NCBI GenBank assembly: GCA_965645245.1
Contig: OZ287067.1
Location: 1,426,001 to 1,490,000 of the forward strand
DNA length: 64,000 nucleotides
Reading direction: 5' to 3'
DNA from: Massalongia carnosa
Taxonomy: Eukaryota
The notes beneath the pieces are model-generated. The model did not search any database. It was not told the DNA's origin and was given only the letters and a program-made list of their open reading frames with translations. Numbering within the stretch: position 1 is the first letter of the stretch; every line of letters starts with the position of its first letter. Shown in pieces: positions 36,240 through 47,851 of the stretch. Position numbers and translations under genes: made by a program.

Positions 36240-37260
36240 AAGGATGGATGGATGGATGACACCGTACGCAGGTAGTAGGGGCGGGAAACTCTGTGAGCAG
36301 CTTGGAAGCGAGAGAGACCCAGCGTTTTACCAACCAGGGAGAATCGAATCGAATCGAGAGTGTGCTTGTTTTACATACTCGTAAGCTGCGCGGGGTCCGG
36401 TTGGGAGCGGTTTTTCCCCTATCGTGCCTGTCTGTGTGCCAAACTGCGTACGTGGTGGATGATGATGAATCCAATTTTTTTTTTGGAGGTGATGATTTCC
36501 CATCAATACCTACTACCTAATCAACAGAACCCCCCCCCCCCCCCCCCCCCCTTCCTCTCTCTTTGTCTCTCCTTTTATTCCTTTCCTGCATCCCAATCAC
36601 CACCATCCCCATCCCCAAAGAAAACCAGCCAGCCAGTCGGTCAGCACGCAAGTAAACAGAACAAGGAAGCTAAGTACGTAAATACCTCCAGCAAATATGT
36701 ACATAACATACGAATAGGCTAATGATGGGAGGAAAGGGGGAGGAGGGGAGGGGTTGGGTGGGGTATTTGCGAACAAACGAACAAACGAACAAACGGACGA
36801 GCGAGCGAGCGGATGGATGGATGGATGGGAGTATGGGATTCGTCGATTCGTGCTGATGGTGCTTGTGTGTGTATATTATTATAAATGTAATTATCTATCA
36901 TACCTTCCTACCAATCTCCTCACCTCCGTACCTGCAATACCCACCCACCTACCTACCTATGTAAATATCCTTCCCAGCCGCAGCATAAATGCAGAGTATG
37001 AAATCAACGAGGTACTCCGAAATCCGAGAAAAGAAAATTACGTTCTGTTCGGGTTGGTTGGATGGGTGGCTAGATGGCCCTCCATCCATCCATCCATCCG
37101 GCCCCTGGGCGAATCTATGGGAGAAGAAACGGAGAAGTCGAATCCGCGGAAAAGGTGAGATGGGCATCCGCTTTGTCATACTCGTCGAAGAATAGAGGTT
37201 GTGGAGAGGGAGGGAGAGAGAGAGAGAGGAAGAAAGATGGAGATGGGTTGGGGTGGTGTG
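36240..37260. repeat. Low-complexity island: (GGAT)n, a long C run, (AAAC/GAAC)n, (CGAG)n, (CTAC)n, (ATCC)n, (GA)n
   Basis: Microsatellites are directly visible between the convergent 3' ends of MSB2 and the BTB gene. Confidence 0.85.
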
Positions 37261-37577
37261 CTGGACAAGGGCTCTAGCTAGATGGACGAGGTAGGCTTAA
37301 GGTTTGGGAAATGGAATGGAGAACGTTGGGGATCAGGTTAGATATACCCCCTGAAGAACGATTTTCGGACCTTGGACATGTTGTCGCTCTAGGAGCAACT
37401 GCGAGTGCTAAAGAGACTGGCGAGCGGCAACCTCTCTCGGCTACATCATATGCGAAAGAAGAGGGACCGAATATGAAGAAAGCTTCGGCGCGTTCTCCGT
37501 GGTCACTGTCCGTTGCTTTTCTTCATCATCGTTTAGTCCATCTGTCGGCTGACCGAAAGCAGCTTGTGTTCGCCTCG

Positions 37578-37681
37578 TTAATTGATCCGCTTAGCTACCA
37601 TCTTCATGAAGTCATCGAGCAGCAGGTCCTGTCTTCAATCATCAATTTGTGAAAACCCTCATCCTTCATCGAGACGCTCAT
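37578..37681 (-). pseudogene. Frameshifted duplicate of the last 34 codons of the adjacent BTB gene
   Basis: Aligns to 37798-37902 at a 220-221 nt offset with a 1-nt deletion. It encodes MSVSMKDEGFHKLMIED/LLDDFMKMVAKRIN* versus MSVLMKDEDFQGFMIEDGGPLLQDFVKMVAKRID* in the intact gene. Confidence 0.75.
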
Positions 37682-37797
37682 CTAAAAGAAGAACCTCTGA
37701 ATACGGAAACTCTAGCGCGTCCTCCACACCACAGTTCATTGTTCATCATCATCTGTTCCACACATTGACAGAACGCAAGCGACTCATGTTCGCTTAG

Positions 37798-38734
37798 TCA
37801 ATCGATCCGCTTAGCCACCATCTTCACGAAATCCTGGAGTAGTGGGCCCCCATCTTCAATCATGAAGCCCTGGAAATCCTCATCCTTCATCAAGACGCTC
37901 ATCTCGTATTCAATGTAATCTCTCAGTAACGTCCGTAGGTCCTTGCCACCTTTTGCGCGTACACCGGTATTGGCGTAAATGTAGCGCAGCAAAGCGACAA
38001 TGTCCCCGGTCCGCTCACGGTAGAGAGTATAGATAGCAAGCGTGCGATGTAGTTCCTCAAATGCCAGGGTCTTCAGGGTCTGGATGTCGTACTTTTCCGC
38101 CCAGACATATAAGCGTGCATGGCAGAGAAATACTTCTGTGTAATCCTCGTTTGCTCCTCGGTTTGCGCGCGTAGGGGGTATGCTGATCACTTCTCGGCGG
38201 ACTGTATACTTGCGGTGAAGAAAAGATTCCTTCAGCTCTTGGCTCATCTTTGCTTTCTTGCCCCACTTGCTCTTTGCGGATGTTCCGGACCCCCACTCTA
38301 TTTCTATCGTAGGATCTAGTTCTACATAGTTCACCGTCGTTACTGCAGAAGACTCTGCTGTAGGGCCTTCCGTCCACCCGGATATTTCGCACTTCTCCTG
38401 CTTGGGCAGAACTGGTGATAGGTGAATGGTATCCTCCAACTCGAAGTCAGCGGCCGTGTAGTACCCCTTGTAAGCCCATTCGATGAATCTTTTGATTGTA
38501 CCTTCGTCCACCTCTTCAAGGACCGCGAATCCTTTCTGAGCCTCGGCCATCGCGCCGTTGATCATGCGATCCAGTGGTTTAGAATGCTGAGATGCAATGT
38601 CGGCGTGAAGATAGTAGGGTTTGCCATTAACGATGAACTTGAAGGGGGTGGACGCATAGACACTGCATATTTGTCAGTCATGGCTACCCCAGGAGGAGGT
38701 GCAGAATTTTCTACTTCTGGCCGTTGTCAGACAT
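37798..38734 (-). CDS. BTB/POZ domain protein (fungal expanded type)
   Basis: Contains FKFIVNGKPYYLHADIASQHSKPLDRMING, LEEVDEGTIKRFIEWAYKGYY and FLCHARLYVWAEKYDIQTLKTLA. An acceptor (CTGAC...CAG) lies near 38665. The first exon and the start at 38734 are tentative because the GTAGAA donor is weak. Confidence 0.82.
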
Positions 38735-39603
38735 GATACGTAAGTGAGACTAACTTCGCAAAGCTCAAGATGAGAATGAACCATAGGTTATGCACGCTCA
38801 CTTGATCGACACCGAACACCGACAGTCCAAGATATGCTTATCCTCAAGGAAAGTTGATGATGGCAGAAAGACCTCCTGTCAAGAAGCTTTGCACAATCCT
38901 TGGAGACAGCCCAGCATATATATCTCAGTCAAGGCAACAGTTAAACACCAGCTCAACAGTTCATCCAGGTTCCTACAAGTGTGTTATCCGGAAACCCTTA
39001 TAACTAGGTGCGGAGTCTCGACCTATCAAGGACAGTGACCGTGATCGATCACTACCTCTCTTAAGTGCTCACTTACTTTTTCTAGCTACCTTGTACTTCA
39101 ACACTATTTAACTCTTGATCATCATCACATCTTTAAAACCCCATACAAACGGTAACAGGAAAAGCACCTTGCGTGAATTCAGACTCTCATCACATCTTCT
39201 TAGATATCCTATCAGAAGAAGTGTAGTTTCGAAGTCTGATGTTTAGTCAATTAAAGTAGCAAGACTTAGCCTAAAGTGGTCAACCGTGCTTGCTGCAAGA
39301 ACTAACTAGATATAGTTAGATTAGCTTGGTTTAATTAAGACTGCGTTCTGAAATCTTTTTAAAAAAATAACGTTACATGTATTATTTGCCTTGGAACAGA
39401 GGGAAGAAACTACATGAAAGAGGTCCCATACCCGTCCCGCCACCCTGTCCCGAACCAAATCCTTCACGTAGATATACCCGCTAACACCTCAAACCTCAAC
39501 GTAACCCCTCAGCGCCAGCCCTGCTGAATGTTACCGCAAACCCCCTCTTCCCCAAGAAAAAGTCCTGCTAAATTATCCCCACCCTCTTACCCTTCGTCTA
39601 CAC

Positions 39604-40013
39604 CTAAATCCCTACCCCACCCCTCCACATCCCCCCTTTCCCCATGGCCATTCCCATGGCCATGCCCCCGACTCCCCCATCCGCCCCCACTCCCCCCGTC
39701 AGTTGTTGCAGCGCGACCTCCGCGGCGTCCTCCTTAGCGTTGTTGACATATTGGCCGTCGTACCAGTAGCGGGCCTGTACGATACGGTGGCCAGAGATAG
39801 TGACGGTGGAGGACCAGGCGGTGCGGCCGCCGCGGCGGTCGGAAACGATATTGAAGATGGGGGTTTGGAGATGGGAGCGCCGGCAATGGTCTATAGGTGG
39901 TTAGAGTGGTGAGCGGGGAAGGGAAAGGGAATAAGTGAGGGACCTTTTAGTTTGTCTTGCCAGGTGGAGGAGCGGAGGCCGGAAGGGGAGGTGGGGGAGA
40001 TGGGCGATGACAT
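39604..40013 (-). CDS. Small protein with a dsRNA-binding-domain-like fold, 118 aa, exons 40013-39944 and 39890-39604
   Basis: Spliced translation: MSSPISPTSPSGLRSSTWQDKLKDHCRRSHLQTPIFNIVSDRRGGRTAWSSTVTISGHRIVQARYWYDGQYVNNAKEDAAEVALQQLTGGVGADGGVGGMAMGMAMGKGGMWRGGVGI*. The 53-nt GT-AG intron has a CTAAC branch, and codon GC3 bias is strong. Confidence 0.82.
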
Positions 40014-41929
40014 TGTGGAGTTGGTGAACGGTGGGGATGAGATGGCGACGGCCGTTTCGTGCGTGTGTTGGAACGAAAGGAGGACGATGTTTGGAATTTT
40101 CGTGCGAAGGAAGATCTCGGTGGAATCGGATGATGGGAAAAGAAAAGAAGTGGGGGATGCAACGCAATGGCTTATATATCTTTTTCTTTCTTTTCCTTTG
40201 CCGTCGATAGAGGCGAACCCACACCCAAGAAGCTTGGGTATGAACGAGAAAAAACCAAAAGCATCAGAGGCGCCAGAGACTAGGTATCTATCCGTATTTC
40301 AGACGAGAAAGAACAAAGAAAAAAGGGCCAAGCTGCCACGATGGGGGGAGGACTTCATGCATGATGAAGTATAAGACATCTGATTCGAATCTCGGGAGCC
40401 AATGCGCGGCGCATCATGGAATCGGGGCGAACGGTTGCAGATGGGAAACGACGAGGGCCCACCCCGAAAAAAACAACGACCAAAACAAAACAAAAAAAGA
40501 AAGGGAATGGATCCCAAAGGCACGGGCCGGAGCGCAGGGACTGGCAAACCACCGGTAGCCTCCAAGGGGTCGGGAAGAAACAGATGAGCCAATTCCGTTC
40601 ATGGGTGTGTGCTGTCAGTCCATGCCCTGCTGGCAGCAATGAGAAGGAAGGAGCCCAGGGATAAGGGGGGGAGTGAGATGGATGGGGTTCTTCTTTGGGC
40701 CTGGAAGGGAGCCATGGCCACGGGGGGATTCTGCGGGTATCGCATCGAATGGGAAGGGAGAGGGGAGAAATGAAGGGGTCGGGACGTCAGCTTGGGTCGC
40801 TCTCACGCTCACACGGGAGACAAAAGCAGAATGGGCGAGCAGGAGCTTTGACAAAAGGAGCAATCATGGCGCTGAGTGGTGGAAGAGGGGTCCTTGCCCG
40901 TTCACCTGGAAGGGAAAGCGCTGCGATGAAGTGGACATGAAATGGACATGGAATGGTTCGTGACGATGAGGGTTGTAGATGTTTTGATGACTATGGATGA
41001 TACCGTGGAAAGAGAATCTAGTCGCATGGGTGACGTGCGCTGGATCCACAAGATCCTGGCCGATAGATGATGATTCCATGGGAGGGGGGGGGGCGAAAAG
41101 AAGGGTACCTTACTTGTTCATGCCAAAGGGCTTTCACGTTTCGATGAAGAAGAATGAATGCGTGACCGGGCCTGGGGGTCGAAGGTAGCAAAAAAGTTGC
41201 GTGTGCGAATGCGAATGCGAATGCGTTTGACGTTTCGAATGGCTTCGGGAGAACTGGACACTGGGCCACGACGTAGAATCGTTCCCACTTGCTCGCTGAA
41301 TTCTCCACGCAAGGAACAGGCAAGGCCGACGTGCAGATGGCTTCCTGCCGCTAACAGCCTCTCTCTCGGTGAGGCTGACGAGATGAAGAACCCATCCTGC
41401 CGAAGACGCGCATGAATCGTCGGGAAGAAGGGGGGGCAATGGGAAAAGCGAAAAGCGAAAAGGGAAGGAATGGGAATAAATGATACGCTCCTCTACTTCT
41501 CTAGGGAACGATCAAATGGTGTTTCTCACCAGCTTCAACCGCTGCCACTCGCTTCTCATTTTGGGCAGCGTTGGGCTGCAATCCATCGTCGCATCCTCAC
41601 GATTCATGACATCACGTTTCCAGTCAACTACTAAGAGGCAGCCGAGATATCGCGGACTTCAAAATTCGTGTTCATGTTTATGGTTTCTGTCTAACGACTA
41701 CCGACTAGGGTAGCTTTCCTTCCATCACCAGCGACATTCGTGGCCACCGAACTCAACTATGAATCCATGTACACACAAAAAGTTTCATTGGCCTGGTACC
41801 CGACATCATCCTAGTCGTCTTGCGCTCGTTGAAAAAATGCTTCATGCACTCAAAATGCCCCCCAGGACGAAACATGACTATACGCAACGGTCCGTTCGTT
41901 TCCATGTTTCCGCCGGAACCGTGCTCAAT

Positions 41930-42005
41930 ACTCCAGGTTCCCAGGTTCCCAGGCTCCAGGTTCAATGCTAAATCACTCCAGGCTCAATGCTGAATCGCTC
42001 CAGGT
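41930..42005 (+). repeat. Nested short tandem duplications (CCAGGTTC about 3 copies plus a 22-bp unit in 2 copies)
   Basis: The sequence ctccaggttcccaggttcccaggctccaggttcaatgctaaatcactccaggctcaatgctgaatcgctccagg is directly visible. Confidence 0.7.
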
Positions 42006-42121
42006 GCTCGGTAAGATACATATAGATGAAGATTAGAATGATAGGAAACTCATCATGCGGAAGTTGTAATACACGAAATTAGATGAATGCGATTCATGCC
42101 TGAATGACCAAACCAGGACAT

Positions 42122-43498
42122 TCATACTTTGATCGCTGCTGGAAAGAATGGAGGGGTTTGCCGGGTCGCTGCATTACCCCGTCGGTGAAAGACTTCGTCA
42201 ATCAAACGCTTGGGCCCCACGTATTCCATATTAATCTTAAGTGGTGACTTCATGAGCATGGGAAGCGTCATGTGGACGCTGTTCTTCTGGTGCCATCGGC
42301 TTTTGATGCAGTCGTCCACGAGAGCAATCAAACCAGTTGCCACGATCGCGCTAATATATTTAGTATAGGCGTCATCGCGCCATCAAGGTTTTACTCACTC
42401 GGCAACATCAGTCAACCCTGTCAATACCCTTGCATCGCTGATCCATAACGAACATGGAGGCACCCATCCACCCTTAGCATCCTCTTCCCGAGCCTCTGCC
42501 ACGGTCAGGGGAGCTGGGACGATATGAGCAATAGGATGGGAGGTTTCCGTATCCACTAAATGGTAGGCAATCTCTTTGGCGCTACTAGTTCGTCTTGTAA
42601 CGCGCTTCCATGCGTACGTGGTTCCCCAATATTCGAATTCATACCGTTTGGAGGTCTTGGCTCCGCGGCGTTTGATATCGATATGAGCATAGTTGGAAAA
42701 TTCTAGACGCGTGGTGTTGGTAGGCAAGGGGATTGAATTATGACCTTTAAAAGAGTTTCTTGCGGCTTCCATATCCCCGTCGTCATCAGAACACGATTGA
42801 TAGCCAGAGTCCTGGCGCTTGAGCCTAGTAGCGGTGACAGTCTTGGTGTCAGATTTGAAGCGGAAAGTAGACAACGCGTTGCTCATCGAACGTTGCAGAC
42901 CAGGTCTCCTTACCGCAGCCGGTTGCGTATATTTTCGACTCGAATGGCAAACCTCTCGGCCAGAATCCCGACAATAACGACGCAGCGAGAACTCTCGATT
43001 CTTGAGATCATGCATCCGTAGATGAAACAAGGTAAGATTAGCACAATAGCCATCCGACCCCGGAACCTCAGTGTCCACTCGAAGATTCATGTTGCCATCT
43101 AGCGTCGAGTCATCATGTTTAATGTTTAATCTCCGGGTGGATGGAAAGTACTCGGCGAACTCATGAGGCGTGGAAGGGATTGCGGTGGTCTCCAGCACCT
43201 CGTCCTCCTCTTCGGGCACGTCGAAGGGTTCCAAGTCCTCATCAAAGTCTTCGCTCGAAGCAACCGTCGAGGCGTAGGTTTCCACCGAAGCTCGAGGATT
43301 CACGTCAACATTGGATTTTAAGTCTGTCCATGAGTATTCGATGTAGGGTGAAGTGACAATCTTATGATCCCTCAAGGAGGGCCTCCTGCTGTCCACGGTG
43401 AGTGCGGTACTCTGGGTATGATATGAACCCTCGCTGTAACCGGAATCCGATCCACTATCGCTTCGGGAAATCCATCTTTGGTCTACTCTAGACGGCAT
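42122..43498 (-). CDS. Conserved hypothetical fungal protein; intron 42398-42351
   Basis: A 367-aa ORF plus an in-frame second exon (DAIVATGLIALVDDCIKSRW). Ordered blocks include LFHLRMHDLKNREFSLRRYCRDSGREVC, KRYEFEYWGTTYAWKR and KGGWVPPCSLWISD. Confidence 0.8.
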
Positions 43499-46400
43499 GG
43501 CGAGGGTAAATAAGTATTAATTGTGATGGTAGATGATGGATAGATAAAGTATGGTTTCAACGTGAATTGGTTGGTATATTGAATTAATCTATGGTGCAGG
43601 AACGAGAAGAGGAAATGACGAATATGGATGGTATATGAACGACCACAAGAACCTCACTCGCTCGGCTAGTCTGATCTGAGAGCCATGATGACGATTAAAA
43701 TCATGTGTGCGGAGGTGATGATTTGAGGTGTGAGAGTATTTAGGAACGTAAGCATAGACGTGTAATCCGCCCGCGTGTGGTCTTGAGCGAATTTCAGAGA
43801 ACGAATATGCTCTCTCTCCGAATTGATCAACGGCCAAAAGACCTTCCGAAGTCGTCCGCGTTATCGTCTTCTTTAAGAGGAGGGAGAAAGCGTAGTCGAA
43901 GATTCCAAGGGGACATCCGGAGTAAGTAAAGTCGGAGAAGGGATATAATGAAGGAATAAGGAATAGTGCTGGAGGGGGGGTGTGCATGACTGACATTTCC
44001 AGTTTATTTTGGTTAGGGCAAAGAGAGGCGACGAGGTGATACAGGCCTAGCCGTGATGGGGATAACCTCCACGACCCATCGGACAATGCTGGGTTAGCGT
44101 TGAGGGAGGTGGGCGTGAGTCCTGGCTAGCGTTGTTTAGCGCGTATTTAGTGTGTCGAAGTTGTGCCGAAGTGTGGGTGGCTTCGACAACCGATTGGTCC
44201 AATCTATCACGCTAGGCATTGAGGAAGAAATGCCGCTGAAGTGGAATCAACTGAGGGGGTGCCCGAAGGGTACTAGTGCGCGTGGCTATGACTACCGGTT
44301 TCAAATTCCGCCCACATCTCGTTCTTGTTAGCTGGCCACCTTCGGAGGGATCCTCCAATCCTCTTCTTTTCGTCTGTCATCATTTCCCACCCTTGGGCGT
44401 CCCACAGCGCCGTGTTTCTAGTGTCGCTTCTTCCAGATACAGAGTACCTACTAGGATACCTTGAACAGTACCGAGTACGGAATACGAAGTACTCGGTACA
44501 GAATAACATGAATGATATGATTGGTCTGCTGAACTCCCTCACCCTAACTAACCCGTAGTAACCCTAACTCATCCCGTGCCCACATTCAAGTCGCGTACGT
44601 GAGATTTTCTCGATTTTTTCGATTTTTTCGATATTCTCTAGATGTATAGAGTAGATAACTGATAGTTTGGAACGGATCGTTACATTCCAGAAGTGCCACA
44701 TCGCGTTTCATCATGACGAAGAAACCCCTCAAACGAAACATTCGGTGGGGTATCTCATGATCATCATCGATGGCTCGTTGACCTGGATAAACAAAGTACT
44801 CTGTCAAACTGGTTTATGCGCTGTGGCTGTCTCTCCCGTCCCTCGGGCGCGTGCACGTTGCATCCACACGCAACAACATGGCTCGACTACTCAGCTTACA
44901 CATTGGATGCCCCAATTGGTCCAAAGGAAGTTGGTTGATCCAATGAAAATACCAACTTCCCTCCACTTTGTTGCGCCATGTCCACTGTTGGTTGACACTG
45001 AGCAGGTCGCTCATCGCGATTGATACACTATTTGGTCGGATGGACGACAAGGCAAATCATGTCCAACTTTGTGGAACCAAGGCCTAACTAGAGGCTTGAA
45101 TCAAAAAGTTACAGCTGCCTTGCTTCAGGTACGAATCACAGCAGCCTCACAATCTGGCCATCCGTGCGGAAAAACAACCACGCTGATCAAACACTTTTCC
45201 CAAGAGCCTCACATTGATCAGCCTCTCTTGGTCGGCTTTGGCCTGATAAAGATCTTTCGTCGATAACTTATGGCCAATGGGTGCCAACTTTCGTTTAACC
45301 GTTTATTCCTACCTGGTCTTCATAAGGCTCGAAACCCAGCTCTAAGCGGAGAGTACTGGTCCAGAGTACAGGGTCGTTACCCAGTAACTTGATGTCGATA
45401 ACCAACAGGGTCACTTTTCTTGATGGTTGTTATTCTGTGTAGCGTCAGGCATCACCTCAGTCCAAAACTAAGATAACGATGGAGTAACAGAGCCATCCCA
45501 TCACTGACTTCATGACTCGAATGATGACAGGCGTTCTAAAAATCCTTGCTTGGAGTTTTCATGTTACTTTTCCCAGCCATCCAAAGGATTCAAAAATCCT
45601 AGGTCACTCGATTTCGAGGCGAAGTTGAATCCTCCTAGAGGTACCTTCTACATACCTAGAGTTTGGGATCCCGCTTTTAAGAAACCGATTTCTCACAGGG
45701 TGATAGGCTTCGCCTCGAAAGGGTTGGACTGGTAGGATTTTCTAAATTTGAGATATCTCAAACAGGCGACAATGAACTGATGCGACTGTCTCTAATTTGA
45801 CCGCAACAATGTAAGATCGTGCGCTTGGCTTCTTTCTTTGCGCTTTGGTTGCCTGGAATGAGCGAAACTGGTCTTGAATTTTACGGCCTCCAAGCATTTC
45901 TAATGTTTTTCCGTCGTTCTGGCGAAACTTTGATAACCTACTGCAAGTTAAGATCTGCTCGCAGTATCTAAAAATACATATCAATCTCAACGGCTAGGCA
46001 ACCGGGTGACTGGTCGACGGTTCCGATTAACTTTCGAAGCTTTAGGTACAGAGTATCGGTTCAGGCACCTAGGCAATTAGATTGTCCCGCCCTTGGAGTC
46101 ATCTCTTGATCTTAGAAAAAGGCAATCGGGCGCTTACATCGTTGACTCTGATGTGTCACAACCTGACGTTTTACTTATGGTACGGTGGAACGGTACTGCC
46201 ACTTGGCAAGGCTGTACCTAGTACTGATAGTGCTTTGCCTCAACGCTCTTTGGTGTTACTCTGTACGATGTTTTTCATTTTGACCCATTTATGTCTGCCG
46301 TCTACTTTCAAAAAAAAGCACGCTACAATTTCTAATTTATCCAGTCCTTCTTGTCTTCCATCCCTGATTGAGCATTCCCCATCCGGAGCGCTTCCAATCC

Positions 46401-47851
46401 TACTCCCTAGAACTTGCGCAGCCACCCTTTTCCAAGCATTTCTTCTCCTATTCACAGCTGCACAGATAGGGCTCCGCCATTTAGCGTTCGTTTGACTCTT
46501 TAGTTCCTTTTATTTGCGAAGCCGCGCTTGGCTGGGTATCAGGGGTATTCTTCTTTAGTTTTTATTAGTGGCAAGGCAAAAAAACAGTATACTTTTAATT
46601 ATGTATTGCGTATACTCAAAATTAGAGTAGGACTTTGATTTATCGAGTCATGTTAAATATATCCTATAAATTTATATTTCATTTCGTCAATAATATAAGG
46701 TTTAACTATTTGAAACTAAGTCTGAGATAGATATATTTCATATGCTTATTTTTAATTGAATGAGGCAAGATGCAGCCGACGCTCTTGGTCCGGAAGAGGA
46801 TGGATCTCCTGCCCAAATCTCATCCATCTCAGACGCCCAGCGATGACGGAAAAAGTCACTCACGGCTTGGAATCCAAGCTTCGTTCAACAAACGCAGCCA
46901 GCGCCTCACCCAGGACGAGGTGATTTTCTGCTACTCGATTATTCCTAGGCCAGATTTCATCCATGTCAGACGTCAGCCATCTCCTCCCAATATCTCCTTT
47001 CCTCCCGTTCAACTTCTCTTCTCTCTTCCATCTCCGTCTTCAATCTAATTCAAACCTCCAACCATCCTCCCCAATCTCCTCTTCATTTATTCCATTTTCT
47101 TCAAATCCCACTTTTTCATTCAATCCTCAGAAATCTATACGTCGAAACCCCCCCCCCCCTCTCTATTTGCCCACTCGCACATCGATTTAAAATCCCATCC
47201 TCCTGACCTACTAGTCAACCAGCCAGAGCAAAACCCAAGCAATTGCTTCATGCTTCTCCCTTTCCTTCTTCCTTTTCAGACGTTAAAGCTCGCTTGGTTG
47301 CTAGCCATTCTTTCTCGGACATATTTTTGATTTTTTCCTGCTTTCAGTAATTCTCTACTTATCTAGGTACTCATCCTACTCAATTCCCTAATGATGCCTT
47401 GATTCTAGTGCCGTCAGCTTGTACTTAATCGTGCCCTCGCACCTCCACTCCACTCCCCTAGCCCACCCACAAGCATGCAAGGAGACGTTTTCTTCTTCGT
47501 TCACCATTCAACGTTTGCTCTCTTTTCTCCTTTTTTTTCCGCTTTACTCTTTTTCGGGGTATTTCCCCTTACGAATTTCGAGGAAGGGGAATAGGAGGGA
47601 TCAAGAAGAAAACAAGAGAGAAAATGGGAAATGTAGGAGGGGAGGAAATTAAAATAGCAAAACCAACCAAATATAACTAATACAAAGCTTGGACATATTG
47701 TTTTCCAATCGCTGAAGTCATCATCTTCGTCAGCGAACGACCCACATTTCCAAACGTTTTATCGGAACCCGATCTCGCTCTAACTAGCTAGCTACCCAAA
47801 TTTCTATCCTTTGCTTGAGATATGAGGAAGGAAGAAAATAAAAAAACACCA

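Noticed and set aside
37678..37800. The BTB gene stop is TGA-CTA, a known readthrough context, followed by about 39 open codons
   Set aside because: The extension ends in GSSFR, which is not a PTS1 or other recognisable signal. One such context among about 20 genes is compatible with chance.
40020..42100. Many overlapping 60-140 aa ORFs
   Set aside because: This is low-complexity purine-rich sequence upstream of the dsRBD-like gene, with no motifs or consistent codon bias.
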